From: a virus
DNA length: 64,000 nucleotides
Direction: 5' to 3' (one strand)
IMG/VR virus record: IMGVR_UViG_3300025122_000012
Coordinates: 12,207 to 76,206 of that record
The first letter of the stretch is position 1, and each line of letters opens with the position of its first letter. The position numbers and the translations under genes were made by a program. The notes under the pieces were generated by a model. That model was given only the letters and a program-made list of their open reading frames with translations. It did not search any database and was not told the DNA's origin. Of the stretch, positions 8,018-17,176 are shown piece after piece.

Positions 8018-10425
8018 TTGGCAAAACCGCAGTTTTTACAAGTAACGCAGCCCTCAACATATATGAGGCCCTCGGTTCCACACTCGCTACAAGTATGTTC
8101 AGTTGCCTCTTGACCATCCGGGATGTAGTTCTTTAAAATTCGTGCAATACACTTAGCAAAGCTAAACATATCTGAGTCCCGATCCTTCTGGAGTTGTTCT
8201 ACTACATATTGAATGTTCGCTCCATGACGCATCCCAAGTGAAATCATACGAGTGAATGCGGAGTGGTTAGGATTATCGAAAGCCTTAACGAGATCCTTGA
8301 TAATTACGGTGTCGCCGTTCTTCCCAACTTGCAAATCATAAACAGAGTTCATGGTCTTCCTAGGGTGTTTCACCAGAATGCCTTCGACTTTATCTTTTGG
8401 AATCTCAATTAGGTTTGAGAGTCCCCCCATAACTTCATATGGCTTTTGGTCCATTAGACCCACCACTATTAACCAGCGCTCTCCCTTAATCGTAGTGTGG
8501 TGGATGTTGCACGCTAGCTCAATAGGACGTTTGGGTGCCTTGTGCTGTGGGAAATGGTCATCTTCCGTCAGCAAAACTCCAGACCGACTACCGTCCACAT
8601 ACACAGTGAGTCCTTTTAATCCTTGGCGCCAGCCTTCCATATAAAGTCTGCCCACCAACTCAGGAGCCGTATTCTTTGGGAGATTGATCGTCGAACTGAT
8701 GCTGTGATCAATGCTTTGTTGAATGGCTGCTTGTACAGCAATACGAGCTTCCCAATCAATGCTGTTTGATTCTACAAAAAATGCAGGAAGGGGAGCCGAG
8801 TCTTGAAGTGTTTGTGTTTCCATCCACGTCTTGATGTTGTGGTGGAACACCTCATACTCTACCCAGCGGTCGCCTAGGGCGTCCACGTGATCGGCGTCTA
8901 GGTGTTGCTCATCATGAGAAAGTTTTCGCCGGCGAACATACGAGTTCCTGAATACAGGCTCCAGACCGGACGAAGTCTGAGACATTATAGAAACCGAGCC
9001 AGTTGGCGCGTTCGTAAGGATTGAGATGTTCCGGCGGCCGTGTTTGGCAATTAAGTCTCTAAGTCTTGCCGGCAGTCTTTGAATAAAGTTGTTGTTTTCT
9101 TCGACGCTCCACTCAAATGCAGGAAATGCGCCGCGTTCTTGAGCAAGATAGACACTCTCTTCGTACGCTGCATCGCGCAAGGTACGATAGATTTTCTCAA
9201 TAATTACAAGAGCTTCGGGGCTATCGTATGCTAAATTTAAGCACGCCATAGCATCAGCCAAGCCGTGAGTACCCAAACCAGTCCGACGCCCATTGTAAGC
9301 AGCTTTAAATAGCTTACTCCATAGCTCTTGCTCGTCCTCCGTATCTGCCCACTGTCGAATGTTTTCCAGCTTCTCAAGCTCAAGTTCTACCAGATCATCG
9401 GACAAGCGCATACCAATAGCAGCAACTTCTCTTAACTTACCGAAGTCAAAGTCTGCATTTTTTTGGAAAGAATTTTTTACGAGACTTTTTAAATTCAAAG
9501 AAATGAGCCTACAGCTATCGTAGGCCGAAAGGGGAATCTCCCCGCACGGATTAGTGGTCTTGGTTTTAAAGTCGTCGTACTCATGAGCAGGCAGGTTCTT
9601 AGTAATATTGTCCCACATAAGAAGACCAGGCTCCGCAGTCTTCGTGGCGCACTCCACGATGCTATCCCAAAGAGTCGATGCGTCTACCTCCGCAGTATAT
9701 TCTGGCTGCTCAGCATCAACTGGAAACTGTAAAGTGAATGATTGGTTGTTCTCTACCGCTTCCATAAAGCTGTCGCTAATCTTTACTGAGATGTTCGCTC
9801 CCGTAACCTTGTTGATGTCTTGCTTCATCGTAACAAACTTTGCAATATCTGGGTGGCGCACATCCATTGATACCATTAGCGCTCCGCGGCGTCCATTCTG
9901 TCCGATCATTCGGCAGACGTACGAGTAGAAATCAGCAAAAGACCACGCACCAGTAGTAGTCCGAGCGGAATTATTAACAGGGGCCCCTTCAGGACGCAAA
10001 CTAGATATATCAACCCCAACACCGCACCGACGTTTAAAAAGATTCGCAAGATCTTTGCCAGCATCCATAATACTCGATACGGAATCGGCGGGATTATCAA
10101 CAACAACACAATTAGAGAGAGACACATTAACATAATTATTTCCTATCCCCATCATGGGAGAGCCTTGGGGTACAATGTATTTAAAATTTTTGAGGAAAGA
10201 ATAGATCTCTGTCTCTGTAAGATGATTAGATTTACGTGTGATGAACTTATCTTCCATTCTCGCGAACTCTCGTGCGAGGCGATGGTGCATATCATCGGGT
10301 GTCTTTTCAAGAAAATTACCTTTCTCGTCGCGCAAACAGTACTTTGTTATAAAAACATTGGTAGCTAATTCATCATCATCAAAATATTCCAGAGTGGCTT
10401 CTCGTACTTCAGTCTCCTCGAACAT
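8008..10425 (-). CDS. nrdJ: Class II (B12-dependent) ribonucleotide reductase
   Basis: SLSNC, GRRGALM, TNPCGEIPL, TNAPTGSVS, C-terminal CSEC..CKNCGFAKCG; no beta-subunit gene adjacent. Confidence 0.93.
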   Translation of the reverse strand: MFEETEVREATLEYFDDDELATNVFITKYCLRDEKGNFLEKTPDDMHHRLAREFARMEDKFITRKSNHLTETEIYSFLKNFKYIVPQGSPMMGIGNNYVNVSLSNCVVVDNPADSVSSIMDAGKDLANLFKRRCGVGVDISSLRPEGAPVNNSARTTTGAWSFADFYSYVCRMIGQNGRRGALMVSMDVRHPDIAKFVTMKQDINKVTGANISVKISDSFMEAVENNQSFTLQFPVDAEQPEYTAEVDASTLWDSIVECATKTAEPGLLMWDNITKNLPAHEYDDFKTKTTNPCGEIPLSAYDSCRLISLNLKSLVKNSFQKNADFDFGKLREVAAIGMRLSDDLVELELEKLENIRQWADTEDEQELWSKLFKAAYNGRRTGLGTHGLADAMACLNLAYDSPEALVIIEKIYRTLRDAAYEESVYLAQERGAFPAFEWSVEENNNFIQRLPARLRDLIAKHGRRNISILTNAPTGSVSIMSQTSSGLEPVFRNSYVRRRKLSHDEQHLDADHVDALGDRWVEYEVFHHNIKTWMETQTLQDSAPLPAFFVESNSIDWEARIAVQAAIQQSIDHSISSTINLPKNTAPELVGRLYMEGWRQGLKGLTVYVDGSRSGVLLTEDDHFPQHKAPKRPIELACNIHHTTIKGERWLIVVGLMDQKPYEVMGGLSNLIEIPKDKVEGILVKHPRKTMNSVYDLQVGKNGDTVIIKDLVKAFDNPNHSAFTRMISLGMRHGANIQYVVEQLQKDRDSDMFSFAKCIARILKNYIPDGQEATEHTCSECGTEGLIYVEGCVTCKNCGFAKCG

Positions 10426-10428
10426 GGC

Positions 10429-11808
10429 TCAGCCTCCGTTATTCTTTTTAAATTTCTTATACTTCTCAACCAAATTCTCTTTTTGTTTCCTAACGCTTAC
10501 TTCCACCAGTTCGTCCTCCCCGTAGGGGTCGAGCACCTTAATGTGCACATTGGATGTGTCCATAAATAAGGGAAACACAATCCCGTCCGGGCCGTTCCTA
10601 TTCTTGGCTACAAAAAGGCGCCCCCCATTAGCGTTCTTGTCTTCTACTGTACGGGAAATACTAAAAATAAAATCTGCGATGAAACATTTATTGAATGCCT
10701 CAGAAATAGATTCCATTGTGATAACTTCGGCGTTAAGCCCCGACCGATTAGTCTGCGATGCTGTCCACACTGGTACCTCATACTCTGCAGCGATAGCGCG
10801 CAGCTCTTCATAAATAGATTCTAATTCGTTTCTCTTCTCTTTAAGATATCGAACAGGTCGTAATAAATCCCCATAGTCAATAATAATAATGTCAACTACA
10901 ATATTTCGCATCTTCAATTTTTCCAGGTGGGCGCGTACTGTCTGGGTGGATGCTGTTTTGGTGGGATACTCTTTCACAATAAGAGTACCCTCGATATCTT
11001 GAACCTCTTCGTAGATTTTTTCCTTAAAGGATGATAAATTTTCAAGGGGTATCTTGGTAAGACACGCATCATAGCGCGAAGCTACCACCGTATCCTGGAG
11101 TTCGAGAGTATAATGAACAACGGTCTTGCCTTCGCGCAAAGCGTGGGCCCCCAGGTGTACCAAAGCCATAGACTTCCCGGCGCCCGTTGGGGCGATAACA
11201 ACGCCTAACTCCTTCTGGCCTAGGCCCCCCTTACAAATGCCGTCAATAAGATCCCACCCAGTGGAGACTGGGTTGCGAAACCGTGGCTTAAATCTTTCTT
11301 CAAAATCTTTTTTATAGTCGTAGCCGCTGTCGTTGTCCACCCCTAACTTAAGCGAGTCATTAATAACCTGCGAAATCTCATCAAAGGAGGAGTTCTGAAG
11401 GAGGCCTATCGACTTCACCATCGCGGACTTAAGATTCTGTTTCTTACAAAAGTCTAAAGAGGTGTCTTTGATATACTCTGTGTCGGTAACAGCGGTAACC
11501 TGACTGCGAACGTAAAACTCTCGCGCTTGTTTGGCTGTTAGTTCGTTCTCGTTGTCAAGTTCGGACCGGAGAATTGTTTTGACAATATCGCGTGAAGGGT
11601 GGACTCCATACTTTTTACGATAGTTAAAAATTTTATTGAGAAAAAGCTTAAGATAGTTAAGCTCTAGAAAGCTAACATCTAATACTTCTTCAATCTGATC
11701 GGCGAAGGAGCGGTCATCCAAAATCACCATACATAATTTCTCTTGGAACGACTTACCGTACTTGGAGAAGCTACCACGCTCACCATTTAATTTCATAGCT
11801 TCCCTCAT
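10429..11808 (-). CDS. dnaB: Replicative DnaB/gp41-like helicase (alternative start 11796)
   Basis: Walker A APTGAGKS, TLEL, IIIDYGD, WTASQTNR, KNRNGPDG. Confidence 0.93.
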   Translation of the reverse strand: MREAMKLNGERGSFSKYGKSFQEKLCMVILDDRSFADQIEEVLDVSFLELNYLKLFLNKIFNYRKKYGVHPSRDIVKTILRSELDNENELTAKQAREFYVRSQVTAVTDTEYIKDTSLDFCKKQNLKSAMVKSIGLLQNSSFDEISQVINDSLKLGVDNDSGYDYKKDFEERFKPRFRNPVSTGWDLIDGICKGGLGQKELGVVIAPTGAGKSMALVHLGAHALREGKTVVHYTLELQDTVVASRYDACLTKIPLENLSSFKEKIYEEVQDIEGTLIVKEYPTKTASTQTVRAHLEKLKMRNIVVDIIIIDYGDLLRPVRYLKEKRNELESIYEELRAIAAEYEVPVWTASQTNRSGLNAEVITMESISEAFNKCFIADFIFSISRTVEDKNANGGRLFVAKNRNGPDGIVFPLFMDTSNVHIKVLDPYGEDELVEVSVRKQKENLVEKYKKFKKNNGG

Positions 11809-11813
11809 GACTA

Positions 11814-11842
11814 ATATTACTACTTTGCAAGTGCCTTGTCAA
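11814..11842 (-). promoter_or_regulatory. sigma70-type promoter
   Basis: TTGACA-17-TAATAT-5-ATG(11808). Confidence 0.75.
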
Positions 11843-12785
11843 GACAAATCCGATTCATTGTGGCGTGTAGATCGTCCCAGTTGAATACACCAAACCCATC
11901 TTGATTCATCATTCGGATAACCTCGGTTTTATTATAGTCGTACTCAAAGTTATCCAAGGCATAGTGCACTTTCTCGCGGCAATGCAAAGATAGCGCCGGA
12001 GCGTACAACTGCATCAATTTATAGTTCTCTATAATTACATCTCTGTACTCCAAAACGTTCGTGAAAAACTTAGCCTTAGAGTCGCTAGCGAGGCAGAAAT
12101 CAAAAATCTCCTGCAATGTTACATCCTTATCTTCCCTAAGAAATTTTAAGTTTTTTGAAATACTTTTTAGGCCGGCGCGAGGTACCCCTTTGAGATTGTC
12201 CGATGGGTCCCCAGCGATGGCTCTCGCCATCGCAAAATTGCGAGGATGGATATCAAAATCTTCCACAATGTTTAACTTATTATGAATCTTCTTTTGAATG
12301 GGGCGGAACAAAACGGTTTCGTCGTCGCACAGCTGAAGGAAATCTTTATCACTGGAGATAACTACCTTTTGCCAGCCCTTGAATTGTTCGGTCTGAGTTG
12401 CAAAAGCAATAACGTCGTCGGCCTCTACCTCATCGAAGCGCAATTGAATCACGGGCAGCTCATTAAGATACTCCATCAGGCGCAGCTGCTGCCACGCCAT
12501 GTTGGCGCGCTGTTGCTCGTCAGTCAAGTCCGTCTGGCGGTTGACGCGAATGGGCTTACGGCCGGCCTTATAATTCTTGTTTTGCTCTCGCCTTTTGCGG
12601 CTACCGCCCGGGCCATCCCAGATGATCATCACCGTGTCGGGCTTAATGTCTCGACAGAGCTTCTGTAAGATGCCCAGGAAGCCCTTGAGGCCTCCGATGG
12701 GGTGGCCGTGGACCGAGAGGCTAGGGTTGACGATGAAAGCCCTGTAGTAAGCGTTCAGGGCGTCGACAATCATTACTCTTTTCAT
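11820..12785 (-). CDS. 5'-3' exonuclease / flap endonuclease (Pol I N-terminal, T4 RNase H family)
   Basis: IVDALN, WDGPGGS, YKAGR, EADDVIA, SSDKDFLQL, GDPSDNLKGV. Confidence 0.93.
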   Translation of the reverse strand: MKRVMIVDALNAYYRAFIVNPSLSVHGHPIGGLKGFLGILQKLCRDIKPDTVMIIWDGPGGSRKRREQNKNYKAGRKPIRVNRQTDLTDEQQRANMAWQQLRLMEYLNELPVIQLRFDEVEADDVIAFATQTEQFKGWQKVVISSDKDFLQLCDDETVLFRPIQKKIHNKLNIVEDFDIHPRNFAMARAIAGDPSDNLKGVPRAGLKSISKNLKFLREDKDVTLQEIFDFCLASDSKAKFFTNVLEYRDVIIENYKLMQLYAPALSLHCREKVHYALDNFEYDYNKTEVIRMMNQDGFGVFNWDDLHATMNRICLDKALAK

Positions 12786-13165
12786 AGTCTCATACTCTCA
12801 ATCTTGCCGTTCTTATCTGTATAGACCACGCGCTTGACACCAACGTGACGCAGCGCGCTCTCACACATAGGACAAGGCTTGCTGATACGGGCCTCTCCCT
12901 CTCTGTTAATACGGGCTACGTAAACTGTGGACCCGCGTGTGGTAGAACGGTCCACTCCTAAAATGGCTCCCAACTCTGCATGGAGGGTGGCTTCGCCACG
13001 GCCCTCTTTACGAAATCTCGCACCGAAACTACAATGCCGGTGCTTGTTGCAGGAAATATTACGAACGGAACTGCCCTTCACAAGGACGGCGCCGTGCCTA
13101 AACTTTCCATAATCTGATTGTTCCGCCACCCTCTTGGCGAACTCTATATATCTCTTGTTCTTCAA
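12782..13165 (-). CDS. Zinc-dependent cytidine/dCMP deaminase-fold protein
   Basis: HGAVLV, HAE, PCPMC; TTG start with SD AGGGGA. Confidence 0.85.
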   Translation of the reverse strand: MKNKRYIEFAKRVAEQSDYGKFRHGAVLVKGSSVRNISCNKHRHCSFGARFRKEGRGEATLHAELGAILGVDRSTTRGSTVYVARINREGEARISKPCPMCESALRHVGVKRVVYTDKNGKIESMRL

Positions 13166-13195
13166 CTGTATCCCCTAACGTATGAAGCTCCTATG

Positions 13196-13224
13196 AGTAT
13201 ACCTCACAGGAGCTTCAGAGTCAA
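13196..13224 (-). promoter_or_regulatory. sigma70-type promoter embedded in an inverted repeat
   Basis: TTGACT-17-TATACT; 15-bp arms at 13183-13197 and 13203-13217. Confidence 0.75.
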
Positions 13225-13239
13225 GGGTTTAGTTTGAGT

Positions 13240-14169
13240 TTATTTGACTTTCGGCTGTGCTCCGGCCTTGTTATAGGGAGGGTTAACATTAACCTCTCCC
13301 CCTTGGAGCGCTTTAATGGCCAATTTCGATGCCGGCTGGACCGGACCATCCTTGTCATCGATCACTGGCATATCGGAGCGAGGGTTGCTCGTTAATACGG
13401 CCCCATCGCTGACGCCCGGAACCCCTTTAACATTGTTCACCATAAAGTTGGCCATGGCTTTAATAGCCTCGGCGCCCTCTTTTCCGGTTTTTGCTTGCAT
13501 TACTTCTAATGCTTTGCCCTTGTCGAACGCGTTGGGCACGCCACTAAAGAATTTGCCTTTTCCATCAGGCTGTTTGTCAACGGCCAAGGCAGCTAAAACC
13601 TTCTCTACGGCGCCCACATCGTGGAACTGCTTGAAGTTACCTGTGCCGGGCTTGCCCTTGTTTACCCCCAAGATACCCTTCGTAATTGTATTAAGAATGG
13701 CAACCAATTGAGTGCCCGGGAAATCTACTTCGTATCCACTAATTGCCGCGCTGGGGTCGGCCATGGCTGTTGCGAGCCAACGATGGTGGCCATCCATTAG
13801 AAAGTTGTCCTTTGAGACAAACGCGGCGATGTTTCCTCCTGGGCCTCCAGAGCCAAACATAGTACCATTTAACATTCCCAAAGCAAACCAAGCAGCCTTG
13901 CCTAAATTCATAGAAGTTTGTGACGGGAACAAGTCGCGCGCGGCCCACTTACCGTTTAGGTTAACAGGGATAACATCGTCTTTTGCGTCGCCGTCGAATG
14001 CCGCGGGGCCACTAGTTGCATTAGTTTTGGCCTGATTTGGATCAACTGCCGATAAAGCAATTGGAAACATCTTTGTATCAAGTTCGGCCGCGTTGGCTTT
14101 TTCATTTACAAACTTGCGCCAGTTCTCTGTAATCAACTGGGCTTTTGGGTAACTTGACCATTTGCTCAT
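13240..14169 (-). CDS. ParB/Srx-like domain protein, candidate internal virion protein
   Basis: LFPSQ and VSKDNFLMDGHHRWLA; N-terminal QLITENWRKFVNE; late-type motif upstream. Confidence 0.7.
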   Translation of the reverse strand: MSKWSSYPKAQLITENWRKFVNEKANAAELDTKMFPIALSAVDPNQAKTNATSGPAAFDGDAKDDVIPVNLNGKWAARDLFPSQTSMNLGKAAWFALGMLNGTMFGSGGPGGNIAAFVSKDNFLMDGHHRWLATAMADPSAAISGYEVDFPGTQLVAILNTITKGILGVNKGKPGTGNFKQFHDVGAVEKVLAALAVDKQPDGKGKFFSGVPNAFDKGKALEVMQAKTGKEGAEAIKAMANFMVNNVKGVPGVSDGAVLTSNPRSDMPVIDDKDGPVQPASKLAIKALQGGEVNVNPPYNKAGAQPKVK

Positions 14170-14193
14170 CTTATATCTCCGTGGAATATATAA

Positions 14194-14200
14194 TAAATAG
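14194..14200 (-). promoter_or_regulatory. Putative late promoter motif CTATTTA
   Basis: Same heptamer recurs upstream of structural genes. Confidence 0.6.
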
Positions 14201-14202
14201 TC

Positions 14203-15324
14203 TTATTTTTTATCTACGTCGTAGAAATCTTCGGCATTCCCCTCGCGCGTATCAAACTTACGAATGATCTGTTCATCCATAATCTCAAGCACCCGGGTTT
14301 TGAACTTCTTGTCTTTAAGTTTTTCAATCCAATGAGCGCTCTGGAACTTCTCTTCCGTTCCATCTTTATAGACCAGGGAGAACCAAGCGCCGGCTTGCTT
14401 GAGATTGTCGGAGCCCTTGATTGCTTCCAGCCAACTCTCTTGGTCCTGGATACCAACCTTGTCGGTTCCCCACAGAATCTTGAAGGCGCAGTTGCGCCCC
14501 TGTGTACCGAAGCGAGACTTCTCAAGCTTAACCTTCACCTCTGAACCAATACGGAAACCACTTTCATCTTCGATAAAAGCAGACTTGGCTTTGCGCCCCG
14601 TCAACCATACCCGAAGGGAATATACATAATGCATAGCCTTCCCGCCGGGGGTGATGAACGGAGTCGTCATTGCGACGATGCGTGCGTTTGGGCCCTGTGG
14701 AATATTGGTCTTCAACTGGTTGAGAACCAGGAAGGCAGACTTGGTGTTGGCGATCGGAATAGTCAGCTTAGACATTCCCTTTGATAAAATGCGCGCCTTC
14801 ATAGCCATCGTGGATTGCGGATTGAAGTCTCCTTCCACGTCGGTAATAGTCGGAGTCATAGCCAGCGAGTCCCAGATAAACAAGGTTCTTTCCGCTCCTG
14901 ACTTTAAGACGTTCTCAACAGTTTCTAACACGTGCTCAACTGATTGTGCTTGCACGTAAATAAGTTCACCTATATCACAGCCAGCGCGCTCCAGGAACCC
15001 GGGGTCGATAGCAGACTCCGAATCCATATAGATAACAGTCATTCCCATACGTTGGGCATTCCCGGCAATCTGGGCAGCCATAAAGGACTTCCCTGTGGAT
15101 TCTAGTCCGGCAATCTCAGTAAACTTACCCACCGGTACTCCAGCCAATTGGCCGCGACAAACAATAGAATCCAACCAGCGCGAGCCGGTTGGAATCCATT
15201 CTTTTACCTCTGTTGGGTTGGCGTGGTTGAGGTTATGCGCTACTTCCAGACCGGAAGTCTTATTGATTAAGGTGCGCAATCCATCAATAGAAATTTTTCC
15301 AGCTGTGGATTTACTTTTTGCCAT
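14203..15324 (-). CDS. recA: RecA/UvsX-like recombinase
   Basis: IPTGS, GLESTGKS, DSE, IWDSLA, LNQL, TPGGKAM. Confidence 0.95.
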   Translation of the reverse strand: MAKSKSTAGKISIDGLRTLINKTSGLEVAHNLNHANPTEVKEWIPTGSRWLDSIVCRGQLAGVPVGKFTEIAGLESTGKSFMAAQIAGNAQRMGMTVIYMDSESAIDPGFLERAGCDIGELIYVQAQSVEHVLETVENVLKSGAERTLFIWDSLAMTPTITDVEGDFNPQSTMAMKARILSKGMSKLTIPIANTKSAFLVLNQLKTNIPQGPNARIVAMTTPFITPGGKAMHYVYSLRVWLTGRKAKSAFIEDESGFRIGSEVKVKLEKSRFGTQGRNCAFKILWGTDKVGIQDQESWLEAIKGSDNLKQAGAWFSLVYKDGTEEKFQSAHWIEKLKDKKFKTRVLEIMDEQIIRKFDTREGNAEDFYDVDKK

Positions 15325-15816
15325 CTAAGACAAGTCCAAAGTCAATAGACCATTCGATGTCTGTACTATCACATCGAAGCCGTCAACAAACTCGTCGGCG
15401 CCTCCGTTTAGACTGTAAAGATCTCTGGCATGCACTTTTACATTGGCCGCGATCTCGCACGTGCCACGCTTATGATCGTGGCGCTCTGTAGAAATGGTCA
15501 AAAGATCATATTCATATGCTTCTTTTTTGAGTGTTTGCGTAAGATACTCTTCGAACCAGTGTGCTCGATCATACTTTTCTAACAACCCGCCATCGCGCAT
15601 CGTGTCTAAAATATCTTCCTCGTAGCGTGAATACACTGTGATGTAAGGCGTGGCCAATAACTTAGCCAATCGCTCCGCTGTATCCGTTTGCTCCAATGCG
15701 TTCTCAACATAATCGTCCGAGATGTGCCATACACTGGCAGCATCTTCATAGTTTAAATAAACAAAATCTTTATCTGTAATATTAAGGTCCTGAAGTGTTT
15801 CCACGATATTTCCCAT
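15325..15816 (-). CDS. Hypothetical acidic protein
   Basis: 163-aa ORF abutting recA. Confidence 0.7.
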   Translation of the reverse strand: MGNIVETLQDLNITDKDFVYLNYEDAASVWHISDDYVENALEQTDTAERLAKLLATPYITVYSRYEEDILDTMRDGGLLEKYDRAHWFEEYLTQTLKKEAYEYDLLTISTERHDHKRGTCEIAANVKVHARDLYSLNGGADEFVDGFDVIVQTSNGLLTLDLS

Positions 15817-15851
15817 TTTTGATTTTCTCTTTTCTACAATATGTTTCGAAC

Positions 15852-16040
15852 TTATTGTGAGTTCTTGGTGTCTTGAATATGTGTGCGTAGTTCTTGTGCA
15901 AGGTTCTTTACTTCTTGCATGGTCTTGCGTACGCGGGTGCCAGCGGCATTGTTGCTGCGGCTGAAAAACTTCTCATGATCTTCTCGGGTATTCTCCAGAA
16001 GGGTGATTAGCTTCTCAAGATAATTATTTTCAGTACTCAT
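15852..16040 (-). CDS. Histone H1-like Hc1-family small protein
   Basis: EKF...NNAAGTRVRKTMQEVKNLAQELR pattern; SD AAGGAG. Confidence 0.75.
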   Translation of the reverse strand: MSTENNYLEKLITLLENTREDHEKFFSRSNNAAGTRVRKTMQEVKNLAQELRTHIQDTKNSQ

Positions 16041-16058
16041 ATAACTGCTCCTTTATAA

Positions 16059-16094
16059 TGTGAGGCACCTGATAACCCTGTGCCTCCCTGTGGG
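16059..16094 (-). ncRNA. Putative structured RNA motif, copy 1
   Basis: CCCACAGGGAGGCACAGGGTTATCAGGTGCCTCACA; stem GAGGCAC/GTGCCTC. Confidence 0.55.
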
Positions 16095-16102
16095 TCAAGG
16101 CT

Positions 16103-16306
16103 TTACTTCTTTTGAACGAAGGCGTAAAGCTTTTCAGCTTCCGTTAAAATTTCCTCAGTCGTGTAAGGAGCAACAGCCTCGCGCTGGCCCTCCGGCTTTA
16201 GAAATTCATTATCAACACAGCGCTGGTTGCGCTCGCCGACAATTCCAATTGCCATTCCTAGCAAATCGGTGCGGAGTTCGTATCCGCTTTTGTTTGTATC
16301 ACTCAT
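16103..16306 (-). CDS. Hypothetical protein (67 aa; start corrected to 16306)
   Basis: SD AAGGAGA before MSDTNKSGYELRTDLL. Confidence 0.75.
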   Translation of the reverse strand: MSDTNKSGYELRTDLLGMAIGIVGERNQRCVDNEFLKPEGQREAVAPYTTEEILTEAEKLYAFVQKK

Positions 16307-16331
16307 AATATCTCCTTTGTGTGTGTATAAG

Positions 16332-16366
16332 TGTGAGACCCCTATAACCCCGGGCCTCCCTGCGGG
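16332..16366 (-). ncRNA. Putative structured RNA motif, copy 2
   Basis: CCCGCAGGGAGGCCCGGGGTTATAGGGGTCTCACA; stem GAGGCCC/GGGTCTC, compensatory relative to copy 1. Confidence 0.55.
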
Positions 16367-16373
16367 GGGGATA

Positions 16374-17144
16374 TTAAAGAGCGCCGAGCTCTGCGAAAGC
16401 AGCGTCAACAGCATTGCCGTCGCCCTCTGTGGTCTTCCCATACTTCTCGGTTTCGCTACTAACCGTCTCGGGATCGTCAACCTGTGCGTTGACGAAAGTG
16501 TCGAGAATAGTCTGGACATCGCTGGTCGCCTTTCGCTCGAACAGTCCAGTGAAATCTGGAATGCTATCGAGAAGCTCTGCGCACTTCTCGGGCGTCAGTT
16601 CCTCGCAAAGCGGGGAGGACCGGCGGCGAGGCACAAGCTTCGTCTGTGGGAAGGAAGCGCCCGGAGGCTTTCCGTAGGTCATCTGCAGGTCGGTGCCTGT
16701 CTCGGTGTCGGTGATATCACCATACTCCGGATTCAGCACGAGAGTCAGAAGATTCTCGTAGGCGGTCTTACCATAGCCCCACACGCGCACACCCTTCTCT
16801 TCCTCTCCACGAACCATCACGGGGCTGAAGAAACGCTGTCGCACAAAGAGAGACTTTGCAGTCTTCTTACTGTGGTCGTCGTTGTTGTCGACTCCCTCTC
16901 GCCAAAGTTGTGAGGCGAACTCACATACAGGACACTCGTCACTGTAGTTGCGCTTGGGGCAGAGGAAACCACCCTTCTCGATGTTGTAGTGAAACCACAT
17001 CTCCTTGAAGGGATCGCCGTCTGCCGTCGGAACGATTCGAATAGTCTGGTCGCCGTCATCAGGACGCCAGAATGTGTCATTTGAGTTGCCGTCTCCACGT
17101 AGTGACGAGAGCTTTTCTCTCATCTTGTCTAAATTGATACCCAT
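16374..17144 (-). CDS. Single-stranded DNA-binding protein, T4 gp32-like
   Basis: FWRP, IRIVP, H..C..CPVC zinc site, VRVWGYGK, GDITD...GTD, acidic tail ending DAAFAELGAL. Confidence 0.85.
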   Translation of the reverse strand: MGINLDKMREKLSSLRGDGNSNDTFWRPDDGDQTIRIVPTADGDPFKEMWFHYNIEKGGFLCPKRNYSDECPVCEFASQLWREGVDNNDDHSKKTAKSLFVRQRFFSPVMVRGEEEKGVRVWGYGKTAYENLLTLVLNPEYGDITDTETGTDLQMTYGKPPGASFPQTKLVPRRRSSPLCEELTPEKCAELLDSIPDFTGLFERKATSDVQTILDTFVNAQVDDPETVSSETEKYGKTTEGDGNAVDAAFAELGAL

Positions 17145-17176
17145 TTTTATCTCCTTATAGTTGGGTTAAAGTACGA

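Noticed and set aside
16069-16098. Possible sigma70 promoter TTGACC overlapping RNA motif copy 1
   Set aside because: Poor -10 match, and the -35 is absent from copy 2
16059-16366. CRISPR-like repeats
   Set aside because: Only two imperfect copies, separated by a protein-coding gene; no cas genes
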